Assembly (NCBI GenBank): GCA_018645865.1
Contig: JABGVU010000064.1
Span: 13,471-77,470 of the forward strand
Source of the DNA: Flavobacteriales bacterium
GTDB lineage: Bacteria > Bacteroidota > Bacteroidia > Flavobacteriales > BACL11
Direction of reading: 5' to 3'
DNA: 64,000 nt
The notes under the pieces: generated by a model
What the model saw: the letters and a program-made list of their open reading frames with translations, nothing else
The model's database searches: none
What the model was told of the DNA's origin: nothing
In this document: positions 10,139 to 19,719 of the stretch, piece by piece
Numbering within the stretch: position 1 is the first letter of the stretch
Layout: every line of letters starts with the position of its first letter
Program-made: the position numbers and the translations under genes

Positions 10139-11375
10139 ATACATTTTTTTGGTATTTGGTGTTTTTCTGACTTTGTCAGTTTTTTCTCAAACTAAGAAGC
10201 AGCTTAAAGATCAGAAGTCAAGTATAGAAAAGGAAATAAGTTATACTACTAATTTATTAAATAAAACTAGGGCGAATAAAAACGAATCCTTAAATTATTT
10301 GCGAGTGTTGGATAAGCAAATTAGTAATAAAGAAAGCTTATTGAAAAACTTAAATATAGAGATAAGTTTACTTAGTAAGCAAATTAGAAAAACCGAACGA
10401 TCTATTATTGAAACTAGGCAATTAATTCTTAATGAAAAGCAAGAACTAATATTGTTAAAAAGGGAGTATGCTAAGATGATTTTCACCTGTTTTAAAGAAA
10501 AAGGACATCGTAATGATTTGATATTTATTGTTTCTGCTAAGGATTTTAATCAGGCGTATAAGCGGTTAGTATATTTAAAACAATACGCCTCTTTTCGTAA
10601 AAATCAGATCGATAAAATTATAGAAAGTCAAAAAAACTTAGCCATTAAAGAGGATGCTTTAATTAAAAATAACAATCAACTTGTTTTGGAGTCAGCATCA
10701 AAAAGGAATTTAATCGTAGCTAAAAAACAAGAACTAAATTCTATTAATGAAACTAAGAAAGAAAAGCAAGAATTGGTCAATGGATTAAACAAATCTGAAA
10801 AATTATTTAAGATACAATTGAAGCACAAGCAAAAGAGAGCAAATGATTTAAATGAAGAAATTCGTAAGATAATTGCTGACGAAATTCGTAAAGCAAGAGA
10901 GGAGGCTGAAAAGAAAAACAAAGGCTTTGCTCTAACGCCAGAGGCAATAGCTTTGTCATCAGAATTCAATAATAATAAAGGAAAATTACCTTGGCCATTG
11001 GAAAAAGGAGTAATTATACAAGGCTATGGAAAGCAAAAGCATGCTGTTCTTGCTGGAATAGAAACATTCAATAACGGAATTGATATTGTGACAGATGAAA
11101 ATATGAATATAAGAGCTGTTTTTGAAGGGACTGTTAGTAGAATATTTTTTATTAAAGGAGAAGGGAAAGCAATTTTGTTAAATCACGGGAAATATTTTAG
11201 TGTCTATTCAGGTTTAAAAGAGGTAAGCGTTAAGGTGGGAGATAAGGTGCTGGCTAAGGAGATTTTAGGGGTAGTTTTTACACAAGAAAAAGAAGAAAAA
11301 ACAGAACTCCATTTTGAAATTTGGAAAGGTTATGACAAACAGGACCCTTCTAAATGGTTATTTAAGGCTTATTAA
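10122..11375 (+). CDS. EnvC-like murein hydrolase activator (coiled coil + degenerate LytM/M23 domain)
   Basis: Signal peptide, about 250-aa coiled coil, C-terminal LytM domain. The HxxxD motif reads NNGID and the HxH motif reads ELH. Start trimmed to the ATG at 10122 (MLIQNKYIFLVFG...). Confidence 0.8.
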   Translation: MLIQNKYIFLVFGVFLTLSVFSQTKKQLKDQKSSIEKEISYTTNLLNKTRANKNESLNYLRVLDKQISNKESLLKNLNIEISLLSKQIRKTERSIIETRQLILNEKQELILLKREYAKMIFTCFKEKGHRNDLIFIVSAKDFNQAYKRLVYLKQYASFRKNQIDKIIESQKNLAIKEDALIKNNNQLVLESASKRNLIVAKKQELNSINETKKEKQELVNGLNKSEKLFKIQLKHKQKRANDLNEEIRKIIADEIRKAREEAEKKNKGFALTPEAIALSSEFNNNKGKLPWPLEKGVIIQGYGKQKHAVLAGIETFNNGIDIVTDENMNIRAVFEGTVSRIFFIKGEGKAILLNHGKYFSVYSGLKEVSVKVGDKVLAKEILGVVFTQEKEEKTELHFEIWKGYDKQDPSKWLFKAY

Positions 11376-11386
11376 ATCAAAATGCA

Positions 11387-11394
11387 TAGATTTG
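11387..11394 (+). promoter_or_regulatory. -7 promoter box TAGATTTG(C) upstream of tatA
   Basis: Exact TAnnTTTG match, 25 nt before the ATG at 11420, in the 44-nt gap after the EnvC-like gene. Confidence 0.45.
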
Positions 11395-11419
11395 CATATT
11401 AAATTTAATAATTAAAATC

Positions 11420-11605
11420 ATGATACTATCAATTTTACTACTTGGCTTTGCAGATCCCGGATTTATAATTGCGGCTCTTGCTATTTTACTTTTATTTGGT
11501 GGGAAAAAAATTCCTGAACTGATGAAAGGTATTGGGAAGGGTATTAGTGAGTTTAAAAAAGGAAAGAATGAGGTTGAGGATGAGTTAGATAATAAAGAAG
11601 ATTAA
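11420..11605 (+). CDS. tatA: twin-arginine translocase TatA/TatE family subunit
   Basis: 61 aa. One TM helix followed by [23 protein letters not shown], the canonical TatA amphipathic helix. Confidence 0.93.
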   Translation: MILSILLLGFADPGFIIAALAILLLFGGKKIPELMKGIGKGISEFKKGKNEVEDELDNKED

Positions 11606-11617
11606 CACCTTTAAGCC

Positions 11618-13042
11618 TTGACAATTTTTCGATCCTTTGATGAGGTCCAAACGGCACTTTCATCTGCAACTACTAATTGTGTAGAAATTACTAGATCCTA
11701 CCTTAAAGCTATTACTAATAATGAGCATTTAAATGCGTTTATTGAGGTCTTTACTGATGAGGCTTTGTCTCATGCGTTGGCGGTGGATAAAAAAATAGAA
11801 AGTGGTACTGCTGGTAAATTGGCTGGAATGGTTATTGGAATAAAAGATAACCTGTGTTATAAGGGTCATAAAGTTTCGGCTTCTTCCAAAATTTTAGAGG
11901 GTTTTGAATCTTTATTTAGCGCAACGGTTATTGACAGATTATTAGCAGAAGATGTGATAATTATTGGTAGGCTAAATTGTGACGAATTCGCAATGGGTTC
12001 AGCTAATGAAAACTCGATATATGGGACTGTAAAAAATCCACTGGATAACACAAAAGTAGCGGGAGGAAGTTCAGGTGGTTCAGCGGCGGCTGTTGCGGCA
12101 GGGCTTTGCTTAGCTACATTAGGAAGTGATACTGGAGGTTCAATTAGACAGCCAGCAGCATTTTGTGGTATTGTTGGTTTAAAACCTACATATTCTCGTG
12201 TCTCTCGTTATGGCTTAATTGCATACGCATCTTCATTCGACCAGATAGGGCCTTTAACGAATACAGTTCAGGATTCAGCTTTACTGCTTGAAGTTATTGC
12301 TGGTGAAGATGAGTTTGATAGTACAGTTTCTACAAGAAAAGTTGAAAAATACACTAAAGCATCATTAATTGATAGTCCAAAACGCATTGCTTATATTAAA
12401 GAATGTTTAAATAGTAAAGGGTTAGATCCAGAGATAAAGCAAGTTATTGAAAATAAAATTGAAGAATTAAAGAAAGAGGGTCATATAGTTGAACCAATTT
12501 CTTTCCCCTATTTAGATTATTTGGTTCCCACCTATTATGTTATTACAACAGCTGAGGCATCATCTAATTTAGCACGTTTTGATGGTGTTCATTATGGGTA
12601 TAGAAGTGAAAATATTACTAACCTTGAAAGTACTTACATTAATAGTAGAGCCGAAGGGTTTGGGGAGGAGGTAAAAAGAAGAATTATGCTGGGTACTTTT
12701 GTGTTGAGTGCAGGGTATCATGATGCTTATTTTACCAAAGCACAAAAAATTAGACGCTTAATACAAGACAATACCAATGAGATGTTTAAGGATTATGATT
12801 TCGTAATCTCACCAACGACCCCTCATACTCCTTTTGCAATAGGAACAAAACATACTGATCCAACAATAATGTATTTGGAAGATATTTTTACCGCACAAGC
12901 AAACCTTGCTGGTAATCCTGCTATTTCAATTCCTATTGAAAATCATTCCAATGGGATGTCAATTGGACTACACATAATGGCGGATAATTTTAAGGAAGCT
13001 GATTTATTAGCATTTTCTAAATACATGAATAAGGAAGGATAA
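11618..13042 (+). CDS. gatA: Asp-tRNA(Asn)/Glu-tRNA(Gln) amidotransferase subunit A
   Basis: 474 aa. Amidase signature GGSSGGSAAAVAAG...GSDTGGSIRQPA. TTG start (no in-frame ATG near the N-terminus). Confidence 0.94.
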   Translation: MTIFRSFDEVQTALSSATTNCVEITRSYLKAITNNEHLNAFIEVFTDEALSHALAVDKKIESGTAGKLAGMVIGIKDNLCYKGHKVSASSKILEGFESLFSATVIDRLLAEDVIIIGRLNCDEFAMGSANENSIYGTVKNPLDNTKVAGGSSGGSAAAVAAGLCLATLGSDTGGSIRQPAAFCGIVGLKPTYSRVSRYGLIAYASSFDQIGPLTNTVQDSALLLEVIAGEDEFDSTVSTRKVEKYTKASLIDSPKRIAYIKECLNSKGLDPEIKQVIENKIEELKKEGHIVEPISFPYLDYLVPTYYVITTAEASSNLARFDGVHYGYRSENITNLESTYINSRAEGFGEEVKRRIMLGTFVLSAGYHDAYFTKAQKIRRLIQDNTNEMFKDYDFVISPTTPHTPFAIGTKHTDPTIMYLEDIFTAQANLAGNPAISIPIENHSNGMSIGLHIMADNFKEADLLAFSKYMNKEG

Positions 13043-13046
13043 TTAC

Positions 13047-13054
13047 TATCTTTG
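13047..13054 (+). promoter_or_regulatory. -7 box TATCTTTG, 4 nt upstream of the ATG at 13059 (candidate leaderless start)
   Basis: Exact TAnnTTTG match in the 16-nt gatA/next-gene gap. Could also be chance. Confidence 0.3.
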
Positions 13055-13058
13055 TGCT

Positions 13059-13814
13059 ATGAGATTATTCTTAATCATAGCTTTTATTTTGTTTTCTGTT
13101 TTAGGTTTTTCACAAACCAATTTACCGTATAATGTAGGTGAGTATGCCGCTTACAAAATATCTTTTGGCGCAATTAATGTTGGGTATGCTGAATTGGAGG
13201 TTAAAGAAATTATACCCGTAAACAACAAACTAAGTTTTCATATTATTGGAAAAGGAAGGACAGCTCCTTTCTTTGATTGGGTTTTTAAGGTTCGAGATGT
13301 TTACGAAACATTTATTGACACCTCAACCTTACTGCCAATTGTATTTAATAGAGAAGTAAGAGAAGGGAGGCACTCGATAAGTCAACATTATAATTTCAAC
13401 CATAATAATGACAATGTAGTGACTCAGGATAGTATATTTAATATTCCCATTCTAACGCAAGACATGTTATCGGCATTCTTTTATGCCAGAACGGTTAATA
13501 AAGACAGTATCTTAAATAGAGGGTCTTTTTCTGTTCCTATTTTTATGGATGATGAAAATTATTCTCTTGAGATTAAGTATTTAAAGAATGAAATTATTAA
13601 AACTAAATGGGGTAAAGTTGATTGTATGGTTTTTAAACCTAAAATGCAAGAGGGTAGGATTTTTGAAGATGGAGAAGAAATGAAAATATGGATCTCTGAT
13701 GATAAAAACTATCTACTTTTAAAAGTAGAAACCAAGATATGGACAGGCTTAATAAAAGCTGTTTTGCAAGAGTATAAACATTTGAAACATCCTTTGTCAA
13801 TAATTGAAGAATAA
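13059..13814 (+). CDS. secreted protein, DUF3108-like
   Basis: 251 aa, signal peptide ending GFSQ, beta-rich. Family name from memory of similar Flavobacteriia proteins. Confidence 0.55.
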   Translation: MRLFLIIAFILFSVLGFSQTNLPYNVGEYAAYKISFGAINVGYAELEVKEIIPVNNKLSFHIIGKGRTAPFFDWVFKVRDVYETFIDTSTLLPIVFNREVREGRHSISQHYNFNHNNDNVVTQDSIFNIPILTQDMLSAFFYARTVNKDSILNRGSFSVPIFMDDENYSLEIKYLKNEIIKTKWGKVDCMVFKPKMQEGRIFEDGEEMKIWISDDKNYLLLKVETKIWTGLIKAVLQEYKHLKHPLSIIEE

Positions 13815-13853
13815 TTATGATCACAAAATTTTTTTAAATATTAAATTAGCAGG

Positions 13854-15074
13854 ATGAAAAAATGGTTTGGAATACTAGTAATGGGAACAGCATTACTATT
13901 TATGTTAACCAACATAAATAAAAATAAAAAAGCGGTAGAAAAGCTTGAGGCTATTGCAGAAATAGTTGAACCCTCTTATGAATATAACATTTGTGTAGAT
14001 TCGTTCAATGTTATAAAAGGTTTTGTAAAAAGAGGGCAAACTATGGGGGAGATTCTTTATTTGAACCATATTGATCATTTTGAAATCAATAAAATTGTTA
14101 AAAAATCAAAAGAAATATTTGATGTCAGACGAGTAAATACAGGCAAAAAATATACGGTTATTTGTGCTTCTGATTCTACCAAAAAGGCGCAATATTTTAT
14201 CTATGAAATTGACGCAACCAACTATGTCGTTTTTGATTTAAGAGGAGAGATGGATGTATATAATGGAAAAAAACCAGTAACGGTTAAATTAAAAACCGCT
14301 TCTGGAATTATAAAATCATCTCTTTGGTTAACAATGGAGGAGCAAAAGTTAAGTCCTAAATTAACAGCTGAACTTTCAACTATTTATGCTTGGACAATTG
14401 ATTTTTTTAAGGTTCAGAAAAATGATGGCTTTAGGGTATACTATGAGGATAAGTATATTGATGGGGAATACATTGGTATTGGTAGGTTATTGGCTGCAGA
14501 GTTCACGCATAAAGGGCAAGATTTTTATTCTTTTTATTATAAGGAAAGTGAGAATTTTGGCGATTATTATGACGAACAAGGTAAAACCTTGCGTAAAGCA
14601 TTCTTAATGGCTCCTGTAGATTACAAGCGTATTTCTTCTCGCTATAGTAAAAGAAGAAAACATCCGGTAACAGGAAGATGGAAAGGGCATTTTGGTACTG
14701 ATTATGCAGCGGAAAAAGGCACCCCTATTTGGTCGACTGCAAACGGAACAATTATAGCTGCAACTTATACAAAGAACAATGGTAATTATGTAAAAGTAAG
14801 GCATAATGGGACCTATACAACTCAGTATTTACATATGTCAAAAATAAAACCTGGAATACGAAAAGGCGTATTTGTGAAGCAACGTGATATTATTGGTTAT
14901 GTAGGAAGTACAGGTCTAGCAACTGGACCTCATGTTTGTTATCGTTTCTGGAAAAATGGTAAGCAGGTTGATCCGTTTAAACAAAAACTACCACCTGGGG
15001 ATCCTATAAAAAAGGAAAATCGAGAAGCGTACATGTTAGCTAAAGATAGTTTAATGCAAATTCTGATGAATTAA
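13854..15074 (+). CDS. M23 family metallopeptidase (peptidoglycan endopeptidase)
   Basis: 406 aa. N-terminal TM/signal. C-terminal LytM domain with an intact HFGTD (HxxxD) motif and GPHVCYRFW (H-x-C where H-x-H is usual). Confidence 0.85.
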   Translation: MKKWFGILVMGTALLFMLTNINKNKKAVEKLEAIAEIVEPSYEYNICVDSFNVIKGFVKRGQTMGEILYLNHIDHFEINKIVKKSKEIFDVRRVNTGKKYTVICASDSTKKAQYFIYEIDATNYVVFDLRGEMDVYNGKKPVTVKLKTASGIIKSSLWLTMEEQKLSPKLTAELSTIYAWTIDFFKVQKNDGFRVYYEDKYIDGEYIGIGRLLAAEFTHKGQDFYSFYYKESENFGDYYDEQGKTLRKAFLMAPVDYKRISSRYSKRRKHPVTGRWKGHFGTDYAAEKGTPIWSTANGTIIAATYTKNNGNYVKVRHNGTYTTQYLHMSKIKPGIRKGVFVKQRDIIGYVGSTGLATGPHVCYRFWKNGKQVDPFKQKLPPGDPIKKENREAYMLAKDSLMQILMN

Positions 15075-15082
15075 AAAATGTG

Positions 15083-18000
15083 ATGGAATCTAAAAAATAT
15101 ATATTAAAGCAGTTGTTTACCTTACTCTTTGTTATGTTTTTTTTTCTGACAAATGCACAAAATACTTTTATTGAAAATAAAGGTCAATTCCCAAAAGCTA
15201 TAATCTCAAAAACAAACCTTCCTTCTGGGGCTTTATATGTTGAAAAGGCAAAACTTACTTATGCTTTTTATAGTGGAAAGCAAGTAGCAGATATTCATGA
15301 TGGTTTAGCATCTGACCATAGGGTTGATGCACATGCTTATTCTGTTTCATTCCTTAATGCAAATACTGATCCTAATATTGAATTGGAGGAAGAGAACAGT
15401 TTCTTTGAAAACTATTATTTAGGCGATAAATTAACTTGGAAATCAGGGGTTAAATCCTATAAACGTCAAATCCAAAAAAGCATTTATCAAGGTGTTGATT
15501 TGTATTTATTTGTTAATGATGATAAGTTAAAATATGAACTGTATCTTGATAAATTGGCTAACGAGAAAGCAATCAAATTGCGATATCAAGGGCTTAGTCA
15601 TATTAAGATTAGTAACGGAAATCTGATTATCAATACTAGTGTAAATAGTATTGTTGAATATCGTCCTTATGCTTACCAAATTATAGAGGGTATTGAAATT
15701 GAGGTGGCGTGTGTTTATCATTTAAAAAACAATATTCTTTCGTTTGATTTCCCAGATGATTACAATAGAAACTATCCTTTAGTAATTGATCCTGTTTTGG
15801 AATTCTCCACCTATTCTGGCTCTACAACAGATAATTTCGGCTATACCGCTACATATGATGATTTTGGTTTCTTGTATAGTGGAAGTACTTCTTTTGGAAT
15901 AGGATACCCTACCACTTTAGGGGCTTATCAACTTAACTACGCCAATTCTGCCGGCGGTACTGATGTGGCAATAACTAAGTATGATACTAGTGGTACAATC
16001 AGAATTTACTCTACTTATTTGGGCGGAACAAAAGATGAATTACCCCATAGTATGATTGTCAATAGTGCTGATGAATTATTTATTTTCGGAACAACTGGAT
16101 CTGCTGATTTCCCAACTACAACCTTATCATATCAGCCAAATTTTAGTGGAGGGCCAGCATTATCAACTTTGGGTATTGGGGTGAGTTTCCCTGATGGATC
16201 TGATATTTTTGTATCAAGATTAAATACTAATGGAGGGAATTTATTGGCTTCCACTTTTTTGGGAGGGTCAGATAATGACGGGTTAAATACGGCTCCCAAA
16301 TTAAAGTTTAATTATGCTGATGAGGTTAGGGGAGAAATTGATATTGATCAGAATAATAACATCTACATTGCTACTTGTACACAGTCTACTGATTTTCCAA
16401 TTGTTGGTGGTTTCCAGAATACAAATAAAGGAGGTCAAGAAGGTTGTATCGTTAAGATGGATAATCAACTTTCCTCAGTTATTTGGAGTTCCTATTTAGG
16501 AGAAAATGCTGCTGATGCTATTTATTCTTTAGCATTGGATAAAGATGATAATATTTATGTGACAGGAGGAACGGCTTCTGTTAGTTTCCCAACAACATCT
16601 AATGCTTATCAAACACTCCATCAGGACACCTTAAAAGCAGATGCTTTTATAAGTTTAATTAGTTCAAATGGAAATCAGGTCCTTTACTCTTCTTTGTATG
16701 GTTCTCCAACATATGACCAATCGTATTTTGTAGAAATTGGCAGTACAGGGGCAGTTTATTTGTTTGGACAAACAAAAGCAAGTGCTTTAACTTTAGTGCA
16801 GAATGCAACTTATTTTGAAAGCGGGGGGGGGCAATTTATTGCGGTATTTACTAAGGATTTAGCAAGTATTTTACGAGCAACTGTTGTGGGTACAGGTAAG
16901 GGCACCCCTGATATTTCGCCAACCGCTTTTTTGGTTGATATTTGCGACAAGATTTATCTTTCAGGTTGGGGGTCAAATTTAGGAGGGCCATTGTCAACAC
17001 TTAATTTGCCGGTAAGTTTTCCTGCTTTTCAATCAAAAACTGATGGAAATGATTTTTATTTAATGGTAGTTGATGATGCTTTAAGCAGCATGATTTATGC
17101 TACCTATTTTGGAGGAAGCCAAAGCAATGAACATGTGGATGGGGGGACAAGTCGTTTTGATAAAAAAGGAATTATTTACCAATCAGTTTGTGCAGGTTGT
17201 GGTGGTAACTCTGATTTTCCTATAGAACCAAACCCTGGTGCAGTTTCGGTAACTAATAATAGCCCGAATTGCAATAATGGAGTCTTTAAATTTAACTTTG
17301 ATTTCCCTATGGTTATTGCGGACTTTAATACTGACTGGGTAGGTTGTGATACAAATATCAGTTTTCAAAATTTAAGTACTGCCAATACACCTATAAACTA
17401 TCAATGGAATTTTGGGGAAGGGACAAATTCTACTTTAGAAAATCCAAATCATAATTATTCCCAGCCAGGGAATTATACAATAACCTTAATTGCTACTGCT
17501 CCTGGGGCTTGTAATGTTTCGGACACGATTAGAAAACAGGTATATATCTTAGCCAATTCTTCTGATACTATTACAAGTATTGTAAAATGTGAGGGTGACC
17601 AAGTTCAGATTGGCTTACTTCCTGTAAACGATCCAACAGTATCTTATTTTTGGCTTCCTGGAACTGATTTAAGTAGTGCAAATGTTTCTAATCCTTTTTG
17701 TAGCTCACCTACTAATGCTATTTATCAATTACTTATTTCTAAGGGAAATTGTACTGACACCCTAACGCAAAATATTGTAGTGCCTAACTTTTTATTAGAT
17801 GCCGGTGAGGATACTTCTTATTGCAGTAATCCGATAACATTGCAGGCAAGTTATAGCGGGGGAACTGCTGTGCTTTGGTCTTCTAATATTAATTTTACGG
17901 ATACACTAAGCCTTAATGATAGCTTGACTGTAGCAAGTATTGCTATGTTTTATGTTAAGGTTTCTGACGGATTCTGTGAGCAGATGGATAGTGTTAGAGT

Positions 18001-18772
18001 GAAAGCACAAAGTATAAATATTAACTTGGTAGGTGAACTTGATTTATGTCAGAGTGATAGTGTTTTCCTATTGGTTGAAAACCTTATGCCGAGTGTGGCA
18101 ATAATTTCTTATTTGTGGGAACCTTCAGCTATAATCTATAGTAATGATTCATCCAGTATTAGTAGTTATACTGACAGCTCAATGTGGTATAGTGTAGTAG
18201 CTCAAAATATTGATGGCTGTGTATTAAAAGATTCTGTTTTTATTCAAGTTTTTGACAACCCTGTTTTGGATTCTTTATGGTTAACTAGAGATACAATTTT
18301 CAGGGGAGAATCTACTAATGTGAATGTGAAAACGGATGATAGTTTCATATGGAATAATTTAACCAGTACAGCCAATAGTGTTTTGGTTAAGCCAAGCCAA
18401 AATGAATGTTATGCTGTTGGAGCGTTTAATGCTTACGATTGTAGTGTTACCGATAGCGTTTGTATAGTAGTGTTGGATGTGTTTTGTAATAAAAATGGTA
18501 TTGTTGTGCCAACAGCATTTAGCCCTAATGCAGATCAAATAAACGACACTTATTTTATTGTGGATAAGGATGGAGTAGTTACTGATTTCAAACTAGAAAT
18601 ATTTAATCGTTTAGGACAAAAAGTGTTCTATACTGAGGATATTTATAAAACTTGGAATGGTAGTTTCAAAGGAAAAGTTTTGAATCCTCAGGTGTTTGAT
18701 TTTTACTTGGAACTTAAGTGTTTGGATAATAAAACCTTGTTTAAAAAAGGAAATATTACCCTTATCAGATGA
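15083..18772 (+). CDS. large surface protein: SBBP beta-propeller repeats + PKD domain + type-B T9SS (gliding-motility-associated) C-terminal domain
   Basis: 1229 aa with signal peptide. Repeated STYLGG...D...FPTT units. PKD-like NYQWNFGEG...HNYSQPGNYTITL. C-terminal VPTAFSPNADQINDTYFI...GNITLIR matches the type-B sorting domain. Confidence 0.85.
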   Translation: MESKKYILKQLFTLLFVMFFFLTNAQNTFIENKGQFPKAIISKTNLPSGALYVEKAKLTYAFYSGKQVADIHDGLASDHRVDAHAYSVSFLNANTDPNIELEEENSFFENYYLGDKLTWKSGVKSYKRQIQKSIYQGVDLYLFVNDDKLKYELYLDKLANEKAIKLRYQGLSHIKISNGNLIINTSVNSIVEYRPYAYQIIEGIEIEVACVYHLKNNILSFDFPDDYNRNYPLVIDPVLEFSTYSGSTTDNFGYTATYDDFGFLYSGSTSFGIGYPTTLGAYQLNYANSAGGTDVAITKYDTSGTIRIYSTYLGGTKDELPHSMIVNSADELFIFGTTGSADFPTTTLSYQPNFSGGPALSTLGIGVSFPDGSDIFVSRLNTNGGNLLASTFLGGSDNDGLNTAPKLKFNYADEVRGEIDIDQNNNIYIATCTQSTDFPIVGGFQNTNKGGQEGCIVKMDNQLSSVIWSSYLGENAADAIYSLALDKDDNIYVTGGTASVSFPTTSNAYQTLHQDTLKADAFISLISSNGNQVLYSSLYGSPTYDQSYFVEIGSTGAVYLFGQTKASALTLVQNATYFESGGGQFIAVFTKDLASILRATVVGTGKGTPDISPTAFLVDICDKIYLSGWGSNLGGPLSTLNLPVSFPAFQSKTDGNDFYLMVVDDALSSMIYATYFGGSQSNEHVDGGTSRFDKKGIIYQSVCAGCGGNSDFPIEPNPGAVSVTNNSPNCNNGVFKFNFDFPMVIADFNTDWVGCDTNISFQNLSTANTPINYQWNFGEGTNSTLENPNHNYSQPGNYTITLIATAPGACNVSDTIRKQVYILANSSDTITSIVKCEGDQVQIGLLPVNDPTVSYFWLPGTDLSSANVSNPFCSSPTNAIYQLLISKGNCTDTLTQNIVVPNFLLDAGEDTSYCSNPITLQASYSGGTAVLWSSNINFTDTLSLNDSLTVASIAMFYVKVSDGFCEQMDSVRVKAQSININLVGELDLCQSDSVFLLVENLMPSVAIISYLWEPSAIIYSNDSSSISSYTDSSMWYSVVAQNIDGCVLKDSVFIQVFDNPVLDSLWLTRDTIFRGESTNVNVKTDDSFIWNNLTSTANSVLVKPSQNECYAVGAFNAYDCSVTDSVCIVVLDVFCNKNGIVVPTAFSPNADQINDTYFIVDKDGVVTDFKLEIFNRLGQKVFYTEDIYKTWNGSFKGKVLNPQVFDFYLELKCLDNKTLFKKGNITLIR
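16823..16831 (+). repeat. G9 homopolymer (GGG GGG GGG) inside the adhesin CDS
   Basis: Read directly from the sequence. Longest G/C run seen in the window. Confidence 0.95.
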
Positions 18773-19719
18773 GAAAGATTGCTTTCATATTAATATTATT
18801 TTTTGGGATAACTGCAAACGCTCAGGATGTTCATTTTTCTCAATTTTTAGCGAATAATTTTGCCCTAAATCCTGCAAGGGTTGGAATGCAAAACAATGAT
18901 TGTAAAACAACTCTTCACCGAAAATCACAATGGGCAAGTGTTAGTATACCCTTTACTACTTTTGGCTTGGCTTTGGAACGAAAAGAAATACTTCCAAGCC
19001 ATAATATTGGAGTACAATTCCTAAATGATATTGCTGGGGATTCTCGTTTTAAAACATCAGGATTAACCATTGCCTACGCAAAAAGTGTAGCGATAAGTAA
19101 GGAAAATACATTTAGTTTTGGAGCTGGGCTTGGTATTTTTCAAAGATCAATTCTGTTTGATGACTTGGTGTTTAACGAAACTGAGAATTTAAATAATCTT
19201 AACTTTATGTTCCCTGACCTTTCTATAGGGGTTGCTAACGAAAACAGAATAAATAAAAATGTGGTGTTGGAAAGCGGAATTGCTTTTTTCCATATTAATA
19301 AACCCAAACAATCCTTTACTGAAAATGATGCAATTCGTTTGCATCAAAAAATGAATTTCCATACAACTCTTAATTATACCTATACGGATAACTTGAGTAT
19401 TCAGCCTAAATTATTGTTTTCTAATCAGGATACAGATAAAGAATTTTTATTAGGCTGTGGTGTTAATTATTTATTGGAAGGAGAAAAAGAGATTCTTTTA
19501 AAATCAGGAATTGCTGATCGTTTTAATGACGCTCTTATTCTTTATTTTGGTGCTGAAATTGAAGGATTATCGTGTGTTGTAAGTTATGATGTAAATACTT
19601 CAAGTTTGACCAATGCAAGTAATAATAAAGGAGGCTTTGAATTTGTATTGGTCTACCAGTGGAAGAGCGCGAAAAAGATAAAAATTGTTGAACAAGAAAT
19701 TTGCCCAAAATATTTATAA
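18769..19719 (+). CDS. PorP/SprF family type IX secretion system membrane protein
   Basis: 316 aa. Signal peptide then DVHFSQFLANNFALNPARVG, the signature N-terminus of PorP/SprF. ATGA overlap with the upstream type-B cargo gene. Confidence 0.88.
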   Translation: MRKIAFILILFFGITANAQDVHFSQFLANNFALNPARVGMQNNDCKTTLHRKSQWASVSIPFTTFGLALERKEILPSHNIGVQFLNDIAGDSRFKTSGLTIAYAKSVAISKENTFSFGAGLGIFQRSILFDDLVFNETENLNNLNFMFPDLSIGVANENRINKNVVLESGIAFFHINKPKQSFTENDAIRLHQKMNFHTTLNYTYTDNLSIQPKLLFSNQDTDKEFLLGCGVNYLLEGEKEILLKSGIADRFNDALILYFGAEIEGLSCVVSYDVNTSSLTNASNNKGGFEFVLVYQWKSAKKIKIVEQEICPKYL

